Virus record (IMG/VR): IMGVR_UViG_3300038393_000573
Span: 1 to 64,000 of that record
Origin: a virus
Reading direction: 5' to 3' (one strand)
Length of the DNA: 64,000 nucleotides
Shown here one piece after another: positions 40,828 through 51,564 of the stretch (positions are counted from its first letter, which is position 1; each line of letters opens with the position of its first letter). A model generated the notes under the pieces. It saw nothing but the letters and a program-made list of their open reading frames with translations, was not told where the DNA came from and searched no databases. Both the position numbers and the translations under genes were made by a program.

Positions 40828-41220
40828 ATGTTTGACATCAACACTCTCGCCATCCGTGACTCCGTGACCGTGCAACTCCGTCACCCTGTCAGCGACGAAC
40901 TTCTGTTCGCGGACGAGGCCAAGACTCAACCCGTGGAAGCCGTGCTCTATGGCACAAGCTCCAAACAATACCGCGCTGCCATCAACGCGATGCAAAACCG
41001 GCAACTGAAGCGTGGCAAGAAGCAAGCCAGCGCGGAAGTGATGCGTGAAGAAGGCGTTGCCCTGCTCGTAGCCTGCACACAGAAGTTCAACAATCTCTCC
41101 GTGAACGGTGCGGCGGCTGACAACGAAGAAACCATCCGCGACCTGTACACGAACGACTCCTTCTCGTGGGTCAAGTCTCAGGTGGATGAAGCCCTCGGGG
41201 ACGTGGCAAATTTCATCTAA
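40828..41220 (+). CDS. tail assembly chaperone (gpG-like)
   Basis: Position before the tape measure; slippery site 4 codons before its stop. Confidence 0.75.
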   Translation: MFDINTLAIRDSVTVQLRHPVSDELLFADEAKTQPVEAVLYGTSSKQYRAAINAMQNRQLKRGKKQASAEVMREEGVALLVACTQKFNNLSVNGAAADNEETIRDLYTNDSFSWVKSQVDEALGDVANFI

Positions 41221-41705
41221 GCGTAGAAGACCAGCTAATCCTTCACGCTCGGCAAACCGCATGGCTTGCCGCAGTTCCCGAAGGGGATAAGATTAGCCGT
41301 CTGGAACGTATGCGTCAGCCTGTCCCGGTTGACGAAGAAAATCCAGACGCTGCAGAACCGACAGAGCCACAAGAGATTCCGTACCCTGAAATACCAGCGG
41401 GGGCTGAGTATCTTGTGGCTCTTTTTCATTCTGCGGGTGTTGCTACGCAAACAGGGATGGGACTTATACCTCTTAGCTGGCAAGAGATTGAAGCCTTTGT
41501 GAAATGCACACAGGCAAGTGTCACACCGTGGGAACTCCGTGTGATTAGGAAGATGAGCGAAGCCTATTGTGCTGAATACGCGCGTGCCTCGGACAGGCTC
41601 CGCAAAGCTCCGTATCAAGCTGTGATTGAAATTCCTACTGAAGAAGTGCGGGAGGCAGTTGCAGCCAAGGTGATGAGTGTTCTCGCGACATTCAAGAGAA
41701 AATAA
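40828..41705 (+). CDS. tail assembly chaperone frameshift fusion (gpGT-like), -1 shift at 41208-41214
   Basis: The -1 frame is open from 41190 to 41705 and overlaps the last 10 codons of the G frame. Confidence 0.65.
41208..41214 (+). promoter_or_regulatory. -1 programmed frameshift heptamer A_AAT_TTC
   Basis: X_XXY_YYZ in the G reading frame (GCA AAT TTC). Confidence 0.65.
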
Positions 41706-41717
41706 AGGTAAACACAA

Positions 41718-44700
41718 ATGAGCATTGATGTCAGCACCCTCGCAGTCGAGGTACGGTCCACAGGCATTAAGGAAACCAGTACAGAGCTAAACAAGCTGTT
41801 CGTGGAAGCTGGTAAGGCCGACCGTCGCGTCACCACACTCACAGCGTCTGTTGAAAAACTTTCCCAAGCCTTTACAAAAGGTTCAGCGTCCGCTATTGCC
41901 TATCAACAAGCTGTTGCGAACGCCAATCGTCAAGTTGGAGGTCACAACGCGACGACCACGGCCCTCACGCAAGCGATGGCTACCCTCGCCTCTGCCGTGG
42001 GCAAGTTGACGACAAGCTTCAATGCGGTCACTCCCGCTATCCAGAATCAAACTCGTGCCATTCGCACGCACACCGATGCCATGAAGGATGCCCATGCTAT
42101 GGCCCGTGGGCTCGCTGGTTCGCTGGGTGCACTGTGGGTGACGTATGGCCGTGCCGTTCCGATGGCGCTGGGCATTGCCGTGGGCGCTTCTTTTGCGGCC
42201 ATCGTGAAGCAGGGCAAGGATGTTGAAAACACGCTGGAAGGTATCCGCGTGAAGGGTGAAGAATCCTATGCCTCGATTGATGCACTACGTGCTACCGTCA
42301 TGGAGCTTGGCAAAGGCATGTACGGGCCACAGGAAGTCGCCAAGGCGCTTGAAACCCTCATCCTCGCTGGCCTAAACGCCAAGCAGGCTATGGCGGGCGT
42401 TCGAGATGCGCTGAACCTCGCTACAGTGGGCGGTACTTCGATTGAGAAGGCCGCTGGCACGCTCGTGCAGGTTTCTACCTCGCTGGGGTACACCGCTGAA
42501 GGTTTTGGTCGCGTGGGTGACGTGATCGCCAAAACGGCGGCTGTGTCGATGTCGTCGGTTGAATCTCTGTCTGAAGCCTTTAAGTCGGCGTCCGCTGTTG
42601 GCAAACTGTATGGTGCTTCGCTGGTGGACATCGGTACTGGACTCGCCGCCCTGTCGCAGCTTGGTATCCAAGGTTCCGCTGCAGGTACTTCGCTGAAGAA
42701 CTTCTACAAGGAATTAGCATCCAATGCAGACAAGGTGCAAAACGTGTTCAAGTCGATTGGCTTGAGCCAAAAAGACCTGAAGGATGCGAACGGCAACTTC
42801 CTCGACATGGTAACCGTAGTTGGTAAGCTTTCAGACGGGCTGAACCAGCTTTCCCCGGCAAACCAGAAGCTGGCTATGGATGCACTGGCGAACGAGCGCG
42901 GACTGAAGACGCTTGTTGAAGTGTTGGACATGTACCGTAAGAAGACGGACGATGCTGGCAATGCGCTGAAGGATTTCCGGGATCGTATCGCGGATTCCTA
43001 CGCCTTTACGGCACTCGGTGCTGCGCAAATGTCGCTGACAGTGGAGAACCAATTCAAGTCTGTTAAGAATACCCTCAGCACTTCCTTTGTGGCAGCGTTC
43101 GATGGCATCCAGCCGCAGTTGCTGGTGTTCTCGGCACGTCTGAAGGAAATCTTCCAGTCTGACACGTTCAAGACAGCTATTCAGTCCATTGCAACGTCGC
43201 TGGCTGACTTGGCTGTTGTGTTGGCTGACAACATTGGCAAGCTGACTGCCATCGTGACGGCAATCCTCGCGTTCAAGAGCGCGATGTTCGTCATCGAAAC
43301 TATCAAGTCTATCTCTACGGCGTTCGTCGCCCTGAACGAAGCCATGATTGCGGCCCGGCTTGGCGCTATCGCATTCCAAGCTTCGTTGGGTGTCATCGGT
43401 ATTGTATTGCTGGCGGCTGGTGCTGCATGGGCTTATTACAATACACAGAAGGATGACCAGAATGACACGAAGCAACGTGCTGCGTTGACAACATTGGACG
43501 AGTATGCGAAGTCTCTTACTAAGGAGGCAGAGCGTATGGCAGAAGTTAACCGCCTGATGTTGGAAGGTAAAACTGCCCGCGAAGCTAGTGCTACGGCAAC
43601 GGAGCGTGAAGCTCTGGCGTTGGCTGAGAAGAACAAGCAAGCCGCCATCGAAGCTGCACAAGCAAAGGTCAAAGAAGCTCAAAAGAACTACGATGATGCT
43701 GCGCCCGGTCGGTTCTCGATCAACGGCGAGCAAAGCTACAGTCGCGTGCGTGCCAAGGTTGAACTGGATGCCGCTATGCGCAATCTCCAGCAAGCCACTG
43801 CCACGGCAGATCAGCAAATGGCCGCCGTGGAAATTGCTATCTCGCGTAACCGTTCTGAGGCCCGCACCCAAGCTGCGATCCAAGCTGCGCAAGCTGAAGC
43901 GGCCCGCGCTAAGGCTCTTGCGGACGCGAAGGACGGTCAACTGGCCGTGAAAGGCAGCAAGACCGTGCAAAACACTATTGCGAGTGAAATCGCATCGTTG
44001 CATGAATCTGCCGCAGCGTACAAGGCTAAAACTGATGCTCTCGTGCAAAGTGAAGCCATTGGCTCCCGTGTGGTTGCTGACTCCAATGCCGCGCGTATGC
44101 AAGCCTTGCTGCTGGAGCCTAAGTATGCACATGCCATTTCTGAGTCCACAAAACAACAACTATTGAACGCAGCCGCTGAAGCTGACGCCAACAAGTTTGC
44201 GTATGACAAGGAAGTTGCACTCCGTGAGTTGACAGAATCCTTGCAAAAGAAGATGGCTGTGGAAACGGCAAGTCTTGCAGAAGCGAACGCAGGTCACAGC
44301 AAGTTCACTTCCGTTGTGGAAGCTGAAACTGCCGCACTACTTAAGCAATGGGGCGTGGAAGAAGGCTCTGACCGCTACAACCGTCTGATGGCGATTGCGA
44401 AAGCTATCGGGGAAGTGACTGTTGCTCAGGAGCGTGCAGCGAAGTTCAATAAGGCCACAGATAATTTGATGACTGAAGCTCGTAGTCTCGTTGAGGCCGG
44501 CGATGCCGTTGCGGACTATGGCCGTAAGGGCAAGCAGACAGCATTGCAACTTGCTCAATTGCAGATTGCACAGAACGAGCTTGACCCCAGCACTCAAGCC
44601 ACGATCATCAGCGCCCGTCTTGCTGCGGCTGCACTGCACGATCTTGGTAGTTCCTACAAAGAGCTTGGCAAGATTGGTTCTGACCTGTACAACTCCAACG

Positions 44701-47700
44701 AGAAGCAGCTTGCGGATGATGTTGCATCCGTCCTGACATCGGAGACAGAAAAGGTTGAAGCGCGGCGTCAAGCAACGCTGAAGACAATCGACTTCTACAG
44801 CCAACAAGCTGACGCTGCTTTCCAAGCCGCTGTCCTTGAGGGCAACGTCACGCAGGAAGTGCAAGAAGCTTTCGAAAAGGCCATGACCGCTCGCGCGAAC
44901 GCGCTGAGTGAGTTGGATAAGCAAACCGAAGGCGGTATGAGCCGTGGCCTCGTGAAGGACATGGAAACGCTCACACAGCAGTCTCAAACTCTCGGTCAAA
45001 CTCTTACAGACACCTTCGGTTCTGCTGGTACGGCCATCGGTGGCATGGTCACGGCTATGTCCGGGCTGGTGCAAGCGCAAACGCAATACGCGGATTCTCT
45101 GCGAATTGTTAATGAGCTTCGTGCTAAGGGCGACAACGCAAAGGCGCTGAAGGTTGAACAGCAAGCCCAATCGGACCTTGCTCAAAGCCAAATGAAGTCC
45201 TATGCGAACATGGCTGGTGCTGCCAAGAGCTTCTTCAAGGAAGGAACGACAGGCTACAAGGTGTTGTCGGCGCTGGAGAAGACCTACCGCACAATGGAAA
45301 TGGCTCTGGCCTACGAGTCGATGATTCGCAAAATCTTCTTCACCCAAGCTGTGACTTCGGCGACTGTGGCGGGTAATGAGGAAATGACGGCATCGACTGT
45401 GCTGAGTACAGATGTCGAAGTTCAAGCTGCCTTTGCAAAGTCGATGGCGAACGCAGGCGTAGCCGTTACCAATCAGGGCGGCGGCGACCCCTACACAGCG
45501 TTTGCTCGTATCGCCGCAATGGCTGCAATTATGGCCGCGCTCGGCTTCGCTGTCGGTGGTAGCGGTGCTTCGGTTGACGTTGCAAAAGAGCGTCAAGCGG
45601 TGCAAGGCACCGGCACCGTCCTTGGTGACGAGTCGGCTAAGTCTGAATCGCTCTCCAAGGCTCTCGACATCCTGTCCAACAACTCCAGTATCGAACTGAC
45701 GCACTCGTCGCAAATGCTGGTGCAACTGCGCGGCATCAACAACGGCATCGCTGGTATGGCTGCTACCGTTTCCTCTACGGCGGGTCTTCGTGGCACGTCT
45801 GCGGACCTGATGAAGATCGGTGTTGGTAGTTCTAAGAGCTTCCTCGGTTTCAGCAAGTCCTCAACTGAGTTGCAAGACTCGGGTATCTCGTTTGACCGCA
45901 TTGCGTTGTCAACCCCGCAACCACTGACAGACGCAGATGGCAACCCTATGTTTCAGGCAAGGGGCGGCTCACTCGTCGCGCCGACACGTGCACAAACGCT
46001 CGGCGACGTGTTGTCGGGCGGTATTAACGCCCAAGGCTACGCAGACATCCACAAGGAGTCTTCCAGCTTCTTCGGCCTGTTCAGCGATAGCTCCAACGAA
46101 TCGCAAATGTCGGCTCTCGACCCCGCGTTGAAAGAAGGCATGGCCCGCACGTTGGTGTCGATGTTCAACAGCGTGCTTGAAGCTGGTACGCAATTCGGGG
46201 TGAACCGCGACGTTGCAGAAAACCTCCTGAAGGCTCTGAACCTTGACGAACTCGGGCTGACGAAAATCAGCTTGAAGGGTTTGTCGGGCGCGGATGTTCA
46301 AAAGGAATTGGAAGCTGCGTTCAGCAAAGCTGGTGACGTGATGGCGGAAGCAGTCATGCCCGGTCTGAAGGAATTCCAGAAGGTCGGTGAAGGCTACTTC
46401 GAAACCATTGTTCGTGTGTCGTCCGGAGTTGAGAAGGGGCAGTATGTCCTTGAGCAACTCGGCATTCAAGCAGTGGCGTACTCGGATATCCAGAACAAAC
46501 AAGGAGATGTTTCTGCGGAATTGGTGCGTGACAGTATCGTCGCTGCGGAAGGCTTTAACAGCAACATCGGCGATATCGTTGAAACGCTGCAGGGCTCTGC
46601 CGACGACATCGCTGGCGTGTACAAGCAACTCACGACGCTGCGCAATCAGTTCAATCAGACTGGCCTAAACGGTAGCAACCTGTCCGTTGACACCATCCGT
46701 GGTGCCGGTGGACTGGACGCTCTGAGCACAGGCATGTCTGACTTCGTGGATAACTTCTTCACGGATGCGGAGAAGAACTCGATGCTGAAGCAAACTTTGA
46801 CGGATCAATTCCATGCTCTCGGGCTGGAATTGCCGAAGACGAAGGAGGAATTCAAGGCTCTGGTGATTAGTCTGGATGACGGTACGGCTGCGGGTGATGC
46901 GCTGGTCGGTAAGTTGCTGACTCTCTCGGGGACGTTCTCGGACCTGACGGATACCACGAAGACTTTGGCAGATACTGCTAAGGAAACGGCTGACAAAACC
47001 TTGAGTGCTGCGCTGGATGGTTTGAAGCGTTCGGTGGATGCTGAAAAGAAGCGTCTGACGGGTATCTACAATGCACAGGTTGAGGCGATTAAGAAGCAAG
47101 CTGATTTGGCTACCAAAGCCGAACAGGCCAAGCTCAAGCCCGCCCAACAGGTGTTGAAAGATGCTCAGTCGATCTTTGACGCGATTCAGAGTGCGATCAA
47201 GTCTACTGTCGTGGAGACACAGGCGCTGGACATCGCCCGCCGCAAGGAGGCTCAAAACCTCTTAGCTGGTGCAGTAAAGGCAGGTAATCTGTCGGATGTG
47301 GCTGGGTTCAAGGACGCCCTTACGAACGTTTCTAAGCCCAGCGAAGGCTTCTTTTCTACGCTTGAAGACTACCAACGCGATCAAGCACGTACCAGTATGT
47401 TACTGGCTTCGTTGTCTGGTAAGTCTAAGGGCGAAGTGGATAAGGCGCAGTTGACAATCGATGCTATCAATGATACAATTGATGCTATTAAGCAAACGTC
47501 TGAAGACCAGCTTAAGGCCCTCGCGGACAGCCATCAGGCAGACCTCGACAGGCTGGATGCAATCGTGGACGCTGCGCAATCGCAGATTGATGCATTGAAC
47601 GGCATTGACACTTCTGTCAAGTCTATCTCTACGGCTCTGGCTAACTTCCAAACGGCACTGTCCGCAGCCTTCGTGGCTCACGGACTCCCGGCTGTGGGGG

Positions 47701-48389
47701 CTACGGGCTCCACAACTAGCGCGGGCGGTGGTGCAGGCGGAAGCGGCATCACTACCAACAACTTCGGCAACGGAGCTATTTCCAAGATCAGTTCTCCGGG
47801 CACATTTGCTCCGGGCTTTGATTCCTCGGGTGGCTACGCTGTAGGGGATGGTAGCACTTACGTCAACGCAGAACGTGTGGCCCAAATCGGTTCTTCGCTG
47901 AACAACGAGGTAGCGTACACCAATGCGTTCCTTGCACAGTACGGGAAACTCCCAGACTTGGTGAAGGGTGCGGCAACATCGCTGACGGTTGAACAGTGGG
48001 CCGCAATGTCGCCCGATGACATCCAGACAATGGTTAATCAGACGGCTGGTGAAGCGATGGGCGCTACGTTCACGCAGGACCAAGTTGCGACGATTACTGG
48101 TCTTGTGCCGAAGTTTGCTGTTGGTACAAATGACGTGCCGGAAGACATGCTCGCGCAAATCCACACGGGTGAACGAATCATCCCGGCTGCGGATAACGTA
48201 GAGTTGATGCGGCGTCTGAAGAGTCCCGATGAATCTGCACAGGCCCAAAAAGACCTGAAGGATGCTATCGAGGATTTGAAGTCAATCATCAAAGATGGTG
48301 ACCTTGCCAACGTCCAGAAGACGAAAGATTTGTACAAAATCTTCCAACGCTGGGATTCGGATGGAATGCCGGTCACACGTACTGAATAA
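41718..48389 (+). CDS. tail tape measure protein (2223 aa)
   Basis: Size, position, Ala/Gln/Leu-rich helical sequence, central hydrophobic stretch GVIGIVLLAAGAAWAYY. Confidence 0.9.
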   Translation: MSIDVSTLAVEVRSTGIKETSTELNKLFVEAGKADRRVTTLTASVEKLSQAFTKGSASAIAYQQAVANANRQVGGHNATTTALTQAMATLASAVGKLTTSFNAVTPAIQNQTRAIRTHTDAMKDAHAMARGLAGSLGALWVTYGRAVPMALGIAVGASFAAIVKQGKDVENTLEGIRVKGEESYASIDALRATVMELGKGMYGPQEVAKALETLILAGLNAKQAMAGVRDALNLATVGGTSIEKAAGTLVQVSTSLGYTAEGFGRVGDVIAKTAAVSMSSVESLSEAFKSASAVGKLYGASLVDIGTGLAALSQLGIQGSAAGTSLKNFYKELASNADKVQNVFKSIGLSQKDLKDANGNFLDMVTVVGKLSDGLNQLSPANQKLAMDALANERGLKTLVEVLDMYRKKTDDAGNALKDFRDRIADSYAFTALGAAQMSLTVENQFKSVKNTLSTSFVAAFDGIQPQLLVFSARLKEIFQSDTFKTAIQSIATSLADLAVVLADNIGKLTAIVTAILAFKSAMFVIETIKSISTAFVALNEAMIAARLGAIAFQASLGVIGIVLLAAGAAWAYYNTQKDDQNDTKQRAALTTLDEYAKSLTKEAERMAEVNRLMLEGKTAREASATATEREALALAEKNKQAAIEAAQAKVKEAQKNYDDAAPGRFSINGEQSYSRVRAKVELDAAMRNLQQATATADQQMAAVEIAISRNRSEARTQAAIQAAQAEAARAKALADAKDGQLAVKGSKTVQNTIASEIASLHESAAAYKAKTDALVQSEAIGSRVVADSNAARMQALLLEPKYAHAISESTKQQLLNAAAEADANKFAYDKEVALRELTESLQKKMAVETASLAEANAGHSKFTSVVEAETAALLKQWGVEEGSDRYNRLMAIAKAIGEVTVAQERAAKFNKATDNLMTEARSLVEAGDAVADYGRKGKQTALQLAQLQIAQNELDPSTQATIISARLAAAALHDLGSSYKELGKIGSDLYNSNEKQLADDVASVLTSETEKVEARRQATLKTIDFYSQQADAAFQAAVLEGNVTQEVQEAFEKAMTARANALSELDKQTEGGMSRGLVKDMETLTQQSQTLGQTLTDTFGSAGTAIGGMVTAMSGLVQAQTQYADSLRIVNELRAKGDNAKALKVEQQAQSDLAQSQMKSYANMAGAAKSFFKEGTTGYKVLSALEKTYRTMEMALAYESMIRKIFFTQAVTSATVAGNEEMTASTVLSTDVEVQAAFAKSMANAGVAVTNQGGGDPYTAFARIAAMAAIMAALGFAVGGSGASVDVAKERQAVQGTGTVLGDESAKSESLSKALDILSNNSSIELTHSSQMLVQLRGINNGIAGMAATVSSTAGLRGTSADLMKIGVGSSKSFLGFSKSSTELQDSGISFDRIALSTPQPLTDADGNPMFQARGGSLVAPTRAQTLGDVLSGGINAQGYADIHKESSSFFGLFSDSSNESQMSALDPALKEGMARTLVSMFNSVLEAGTQFGVNRDVAENLLKALNLDELGLTKISLKGLSGADVQKELEAAFSKAGDVMAEAVMPGLKEFQKVGEGYFETIVRVSSGVEKGQYVLEQLGIQAVAYSDIQNKQGDVSAELVRDSIVAAEGFNSNIGDIVETLQGSADDIAGVYKQLTTLRNQFNQTGLNGSNLSVDTIRGAGGLDALSTGMSDFVDNFFTDAEKNSMLKQTLTDQFHALGLELPKTKEEFKALVISLDDGTAAGDALVGKLLTLSGTFSDLTDTTKTLADTAKETADKTLSAALDGLKRSVDAEKKRLTGIYNAQVEAIKKQADLATKAEQAKLKPAQQVLKDAQSIFDAIQSAIKSTVVETQALDIARRKEAQNLLAGAVKAGNLSDVAGFKDALTNVSKPSEGFFSTLEDYQRDQARTSMLLASLSGKSKGEVDKAQLTIDAINDTIDAIKQTSEDQLKALADSHQADLDRLDAIVDAAQSQIDALNGIDTSVKSISTALANFQTALSAAFVAHGLPAVGATGSTTSAGGGAGGSGITTNNFGNGAISKISSPGTFAPGFDSSGGYAVGDGSTYVNAERVAQIGSSLNNEVAYTNAFLAQYGKLPDLVKGAATSLTVEQWAAMSPDDIQTMVNQTAGEAMGATFTQDQVATITGLVPKFAVGTNDVPEDMLAQIHTGERIIPAADNVELMRRLKSPDESAQAQKDLKDAIEDLKSIIKDGDLANVQKTKDLYKIFQRWDSDGMPVTRTE

Positions 48390-48416
48390 GGGGCTTCGGC
48401 CCCTTTTCTTCTTTTA
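48390..48416 (+). terminator. intrinsic terminator after the tape measure gene
   Basis: GGGGC-TTCG-GCCCC followed by TTTTCTTCTTTT. Confidence 0.65.
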
Positions 48417-48434
48417 AGAATTGAGGTTTAGCTA

Positions 48435-49589
48435 ATGAAAATCATTCGACCCTTTACAGTGATTGACGCTGGCCTGACGAGTAATATTCCTGACGATGCC
48501 GCACCAGCCTATGACGCTACAACTGTGTATGTCGCTGGTCAGCAGGTTCTCTATGACACACACATCTACGAAGCACTATCGGGTAAATCCGGGACCGTGA
48601 CTTTTGCAGGCGTTTCAAACGGAAGTCCGTTTGCGATCAATTGGACCGCACACGGATTAGCTGCAGGCACTGCGGTGATTTTTAGTGGCACAACACCTAC
48701 AGGTGTTACCGCCGGTACTGTGTATCTGATTGCTAGTGCGAATCTTTTGGCAGATTCTTTTCAAATTACGACTCAAGCTGGCGCCTCAGTTACAAACCCG
48801 GGTTCCACCGCCAACACTGGTTCAGCCCCCATAACTGCGACCGCAGGTCCCTACAATCAACAGCCCGATAGCAACCCTACCGCGTGGTTGGATACTGGTG
48901 CGGAAAATCGCTGGAAGATGTTTGATGCACGTGTGCAAGCACAGACTGTTGGGGCAGATGGCACGATTGAAGTAAGCATTGCGATCACTGAGGTAATTGA
49001 CACAGTGGCATTGCTAAACATCAGTGGTGCAACGACAGCTTCGTGTGTGTTCACGACGGTGGACGGTGTTGTGTACAACGTGACTGCGCAGACTCGGGCA
49101 GTGGAGGGAGTGGACGACATGTACGCCTACTTTTTTGAGCCCATTGCTTACGTCACTGACATCACCTTTGCTGACATTCCTCCCTACGCGAGTGGCACGC
49201 TGACGTTGACACTTACGAACGAACTGGGGTCACCTGTTTACTGTGGCGAAATGATTCTAGGTCATGCACTTAACATTGGCGACACAGAGGTTGGTGCAAA
49301 GGTCGGTGTGCAAGATTATTCAATCAAGAGCCAAGATAACTTCGGCAACTACACAATCGTACAACGTGCTTATAGCAAGCGAGCCAGCTTCACTGTTACG
49401 TTGGAATCGAAACTTGTAGATCAAACGCAAAATCTGCTGGCATTGTACAGGGCAACGCCGATTCTCTACATTGGAACGGAGCTTTATGGGGCTACGCTGG
49501 TGTACGGTTTTTACAAGACATTTGAAATTGACATCGGCTACTCAGACGGCACATCTACGTGTTCGCTTGAGGTTGAAGGTCTGACTTAA
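48435..49589 (+). CDS. putative distal tail / tail-tip protein
   Basis: First gene after the tape measure; 384 aa. Confidence 0.5.
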   Translation: MKIIRPFTVIDAGLTSNIPDDAAPAYDATTVYVAGQQVLYDTHIYEALSGKSGTVTFAGVSNGSPFAINWTAHGLAAGTAVIFSGTTPTGVTAGTVYLIASANLLADSFQITTQAGASVTNPGSTANTGSAPITATAGPYNQQPDSNPTAWLDTGAENRWKMFDARVQAQTVGADGTIEVSIAITEVIDTVALLNISGATTASCVFTTVDGVVYNVTAQTRAVEGVDDMYAYFFEPIAYVTDITFADIPPYASGTLTLTLTNELGSPVYCGEMILGHALNIGDTEVGAKVGVQDYSIKSQDNFGNYTIVQRAYSKRASFTVTLESKLVDQTQNLLALYRATPILYIGTELYGATLVYGFYKTFEIDIGYSDGTSTCSLEVEGLT

Positions 49590-49601
49590 TAAGGAATCAA
49601 T

Positions 49602-50438
49602 ATGACAATCACTGCACTGCCCACACCCCCTAATCGGAGTATGCCGCAAAGCACGTTCACCCCGACCGCTGATGCCTTTCTAGCTGCACTGCCTACGTTC
49701 GTGACTGAGACTAATGCAGTTGCTACGGCAATGACCCTCAACGCAACGAACGACACCAGCACCACAAGCGTTACGATTGGTACGGGAACTAAGACGTTTA
49801 CTGTCTCTCCTAACAAGAGTTTCCAGCCCGGGATGTGGGTTAGTATTGCTAACACACCTGCGCCCAATACCCTAAATATGACCGCGCTGGTTACAAGCTA
49901 CAACGCAACCACAGGTAATTTGGTAGTGGACGTTAAGTATGCACTCGGCAGTAGCACACTCAATGCTTGGACTATCTCTCAATCCGGCTTCGTTGCTAAC
50001 GTTATAGGGGATCACGAGATTACCGTGCACACAGGTAATGGCTACGGTTCGACAAACACGAAGATTAGGCGCTTCACAACAACTCTTCGGCAAGCTGGCA
50101 CGGCAGTGCAGTACGTAGATGACGCAGTGAACGGTGCGACTTTCACCATCGTGGATGCCGGGCTGTATGAGGTTAACTACACAGACGTGTACAACACTGC
50201 TAGTAGTTTCTTGATCGGTGTGACGGTGAACGCTACCAACCTAACCACATCCGTCAACGCTACACCTGTTGCCAACAGGATTGTGTTTGGGGCTGGGCCG
50301 GGGGGTGCAGCATTCCCTGCTTGCGTTACACGAACTGTGCGCCTTTTCAGCGGTGATGTAGTTCGTCCACACACAGACGGCCAGCCGAACGCCACGACAG
50401 CCTCGGTGTTGTTCTCTATCCGTAAGGTAGGCCTGTAA
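49602..50438 (+). CDS. putative tail fibre / receptor-binding protein
   Basis: N-terminus TALPTPPNRSMPQSTFTPTADAFLAALPTFVTETNA, a pattern seen at fibre N-termini; Thr/Asn/Val-rich. Confidence 0.5.
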   Translation: MTITALPTPPNRSMPQSTFTPTADAFLAALPTFVTETNAVATAMTLNATNDTSTTSVTIGTGTKTFTVSPNKSFQPGMWVSIANTPAPNTLNMTALVTSYNATTGNLVVDVKYALGSSTLNAWTISQSGFVANVIGDHEITVHTGNGYGSTNTKIRRFTTTLRQAGTAVQYVDDAVNGATFTIVDAGLYEVNYTDVYNTASSFLIGVTVNATNLTTSVNATPVANRIVFGAGPGGAAFPACVTRTVRLFSGDVVRPHTDGQPNATTASVLFSIRKVGL

Positions 50439-51010
50439 TGCGAACGCTGCTTGTCAACACTCCGACAGGTGAACAAGCACTGTTGGAAGTGGATGTGCCT
50501 GTAGATCAGCCCGCCTACTTCGCTCAGTCGTTGGTAGTTTGGGACACCGCAGTCGATGGACCTTTAGCCGGTGACATCGTTCTCGGAGGTATGACACGAG
50601 TGGGGAATACACTCCAGTTCGATGAAGCCACCAAAGCAATTCACGACGAAACAGTCCTAGCTGGGTTGAAGTCTTCCAAAGAGGAAGAGATTAACAAAGC
50701 CCGGCTCGCTGCCAACTGCACCTACTTCATGCATCTAGGTCACAAGATTGCGTGCGACTCGCTAAGTCGCAGCGACATTGACGGCACTAACGGCGAAGTG
50801 ACAAACAACGGTGCGTTCCCCTCGGGTTGGCCCGGGGGCTGGAAAACATTAGACGGAGGCTTCCTAACAATCAGCACAATTGCTGACTGGAAAGCTTTCT
50901 ACTCCAGTATGTGGGCACAGGGTGCAGCCAACTTCGCCAAGGCCCAGCAACTGAAGTCTGCGCTTGCCTCTGCAACAACGCCAGAGCAGGTAGCAGCAAT
51001 TAGCTGGTAA
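50438..51010 (+). CDS. hypothetical tail-associated protein
   Basis: ATG overlaps upstream TAA (TAATG); position. Confidence 0.5.
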   Translation: MRTLLVNTPTGEQALLEVDVPVDQPAYFAQSLVVWDTAVDGPLAGDIVLGGMTRVGNTLQFDEATKAIHDETVLAGLKSSKEEEINKARLAANCTYFMHLGHKIACDSLSRSDIDGTNGEVTNNGAFPSGWPGGWKTLDGGFLTISTIADWKAFYSSMWAQGAANFAKAQQLKSALASATTPEQVAAISW

Positions 51011-51020
51011 CGCAAACATC

Positions 51021-51551
51021 ATGAACTATGCAGAAGTACGAGGACGAATCAAGTCAGGTGATTTGATTGCCCTGACGCACAAGTCGTGGAACAGCCTGTA
51101 TGACTTGCAGGTTCAAGCTGTTCGCATTGGAACGGAAAGCGAGTATTGCCACGTCTGTGTGGCTTGGGTAGTCGCTGGACGTGTGTTCGTTATCGAGTCG
51201 GTGACGCCTGTTGTGCGAATCTTCCCGCTGTCCAATCTTCAAGATCACGGCTTCTACTGGATGCCTGTTGGCGAAGATTATCCGATGACAGAAGAAGAAT
51301 TGCGCTTCGGTTTGGCGCGGGTTGGCCTTGGAGAGTATTCGAAGGTGGAAGCCGTGCTCGGTCAGTTTGGGGTGCTAAAGATCGGTGAAGATGAGCTTTG
51401 GATGTGTGCGGAGCTTACTGTGGTAATGCGTCGCTTGTCCGGACTTGATTTAGGGCCGAAGGCGACGCCTGCCGCTGTAGTGGAGAAGGCACAGGAGAGC
51501 GGATACCCTGTGTATCTGGTCCTGAACGACAAAAACGATGAAGGTACTTGA
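51021..51551 (+). CDS. putative papain-fold (NlpC/P60 or YiiX-like) peptidase
   Basis: GDLIALTH, SEYCHVCVAW and WMCAELTV resemble permuted papain-like amidases; weak by-eye call. Confidence 0.4.
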   Translation: MNYAEVRGRIKSGDLIALTHKSWNSLYDLQVQAVRIGTESEYCHVCVAWVVAGRVFVIESVTPVVRIFPLSNLQDHGFYWMPVGEDYPMTEEELRFGLARVGLGEYSKVEAVLGQFGVLKIGEDELWMCAELTVVMRRLSGLDLGPKATPAAVVEKAQESGYPVYLVLNDKNDEGT

Positions 51552-51564
51552 GGGGGAGTAGTAA

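Noticed and set aside
42831-45725. Two long minus-strand ORFs (442 and 462 aa) inside the tape measure gene
   Set aside because: These are shadow ORFs of a repetitive Ala/Gln/Leu-rich gene. Their composition is Arg/Cys/His/Ser-rich, they have no SD, and they would disrupt an otherwise continuous structural operon.
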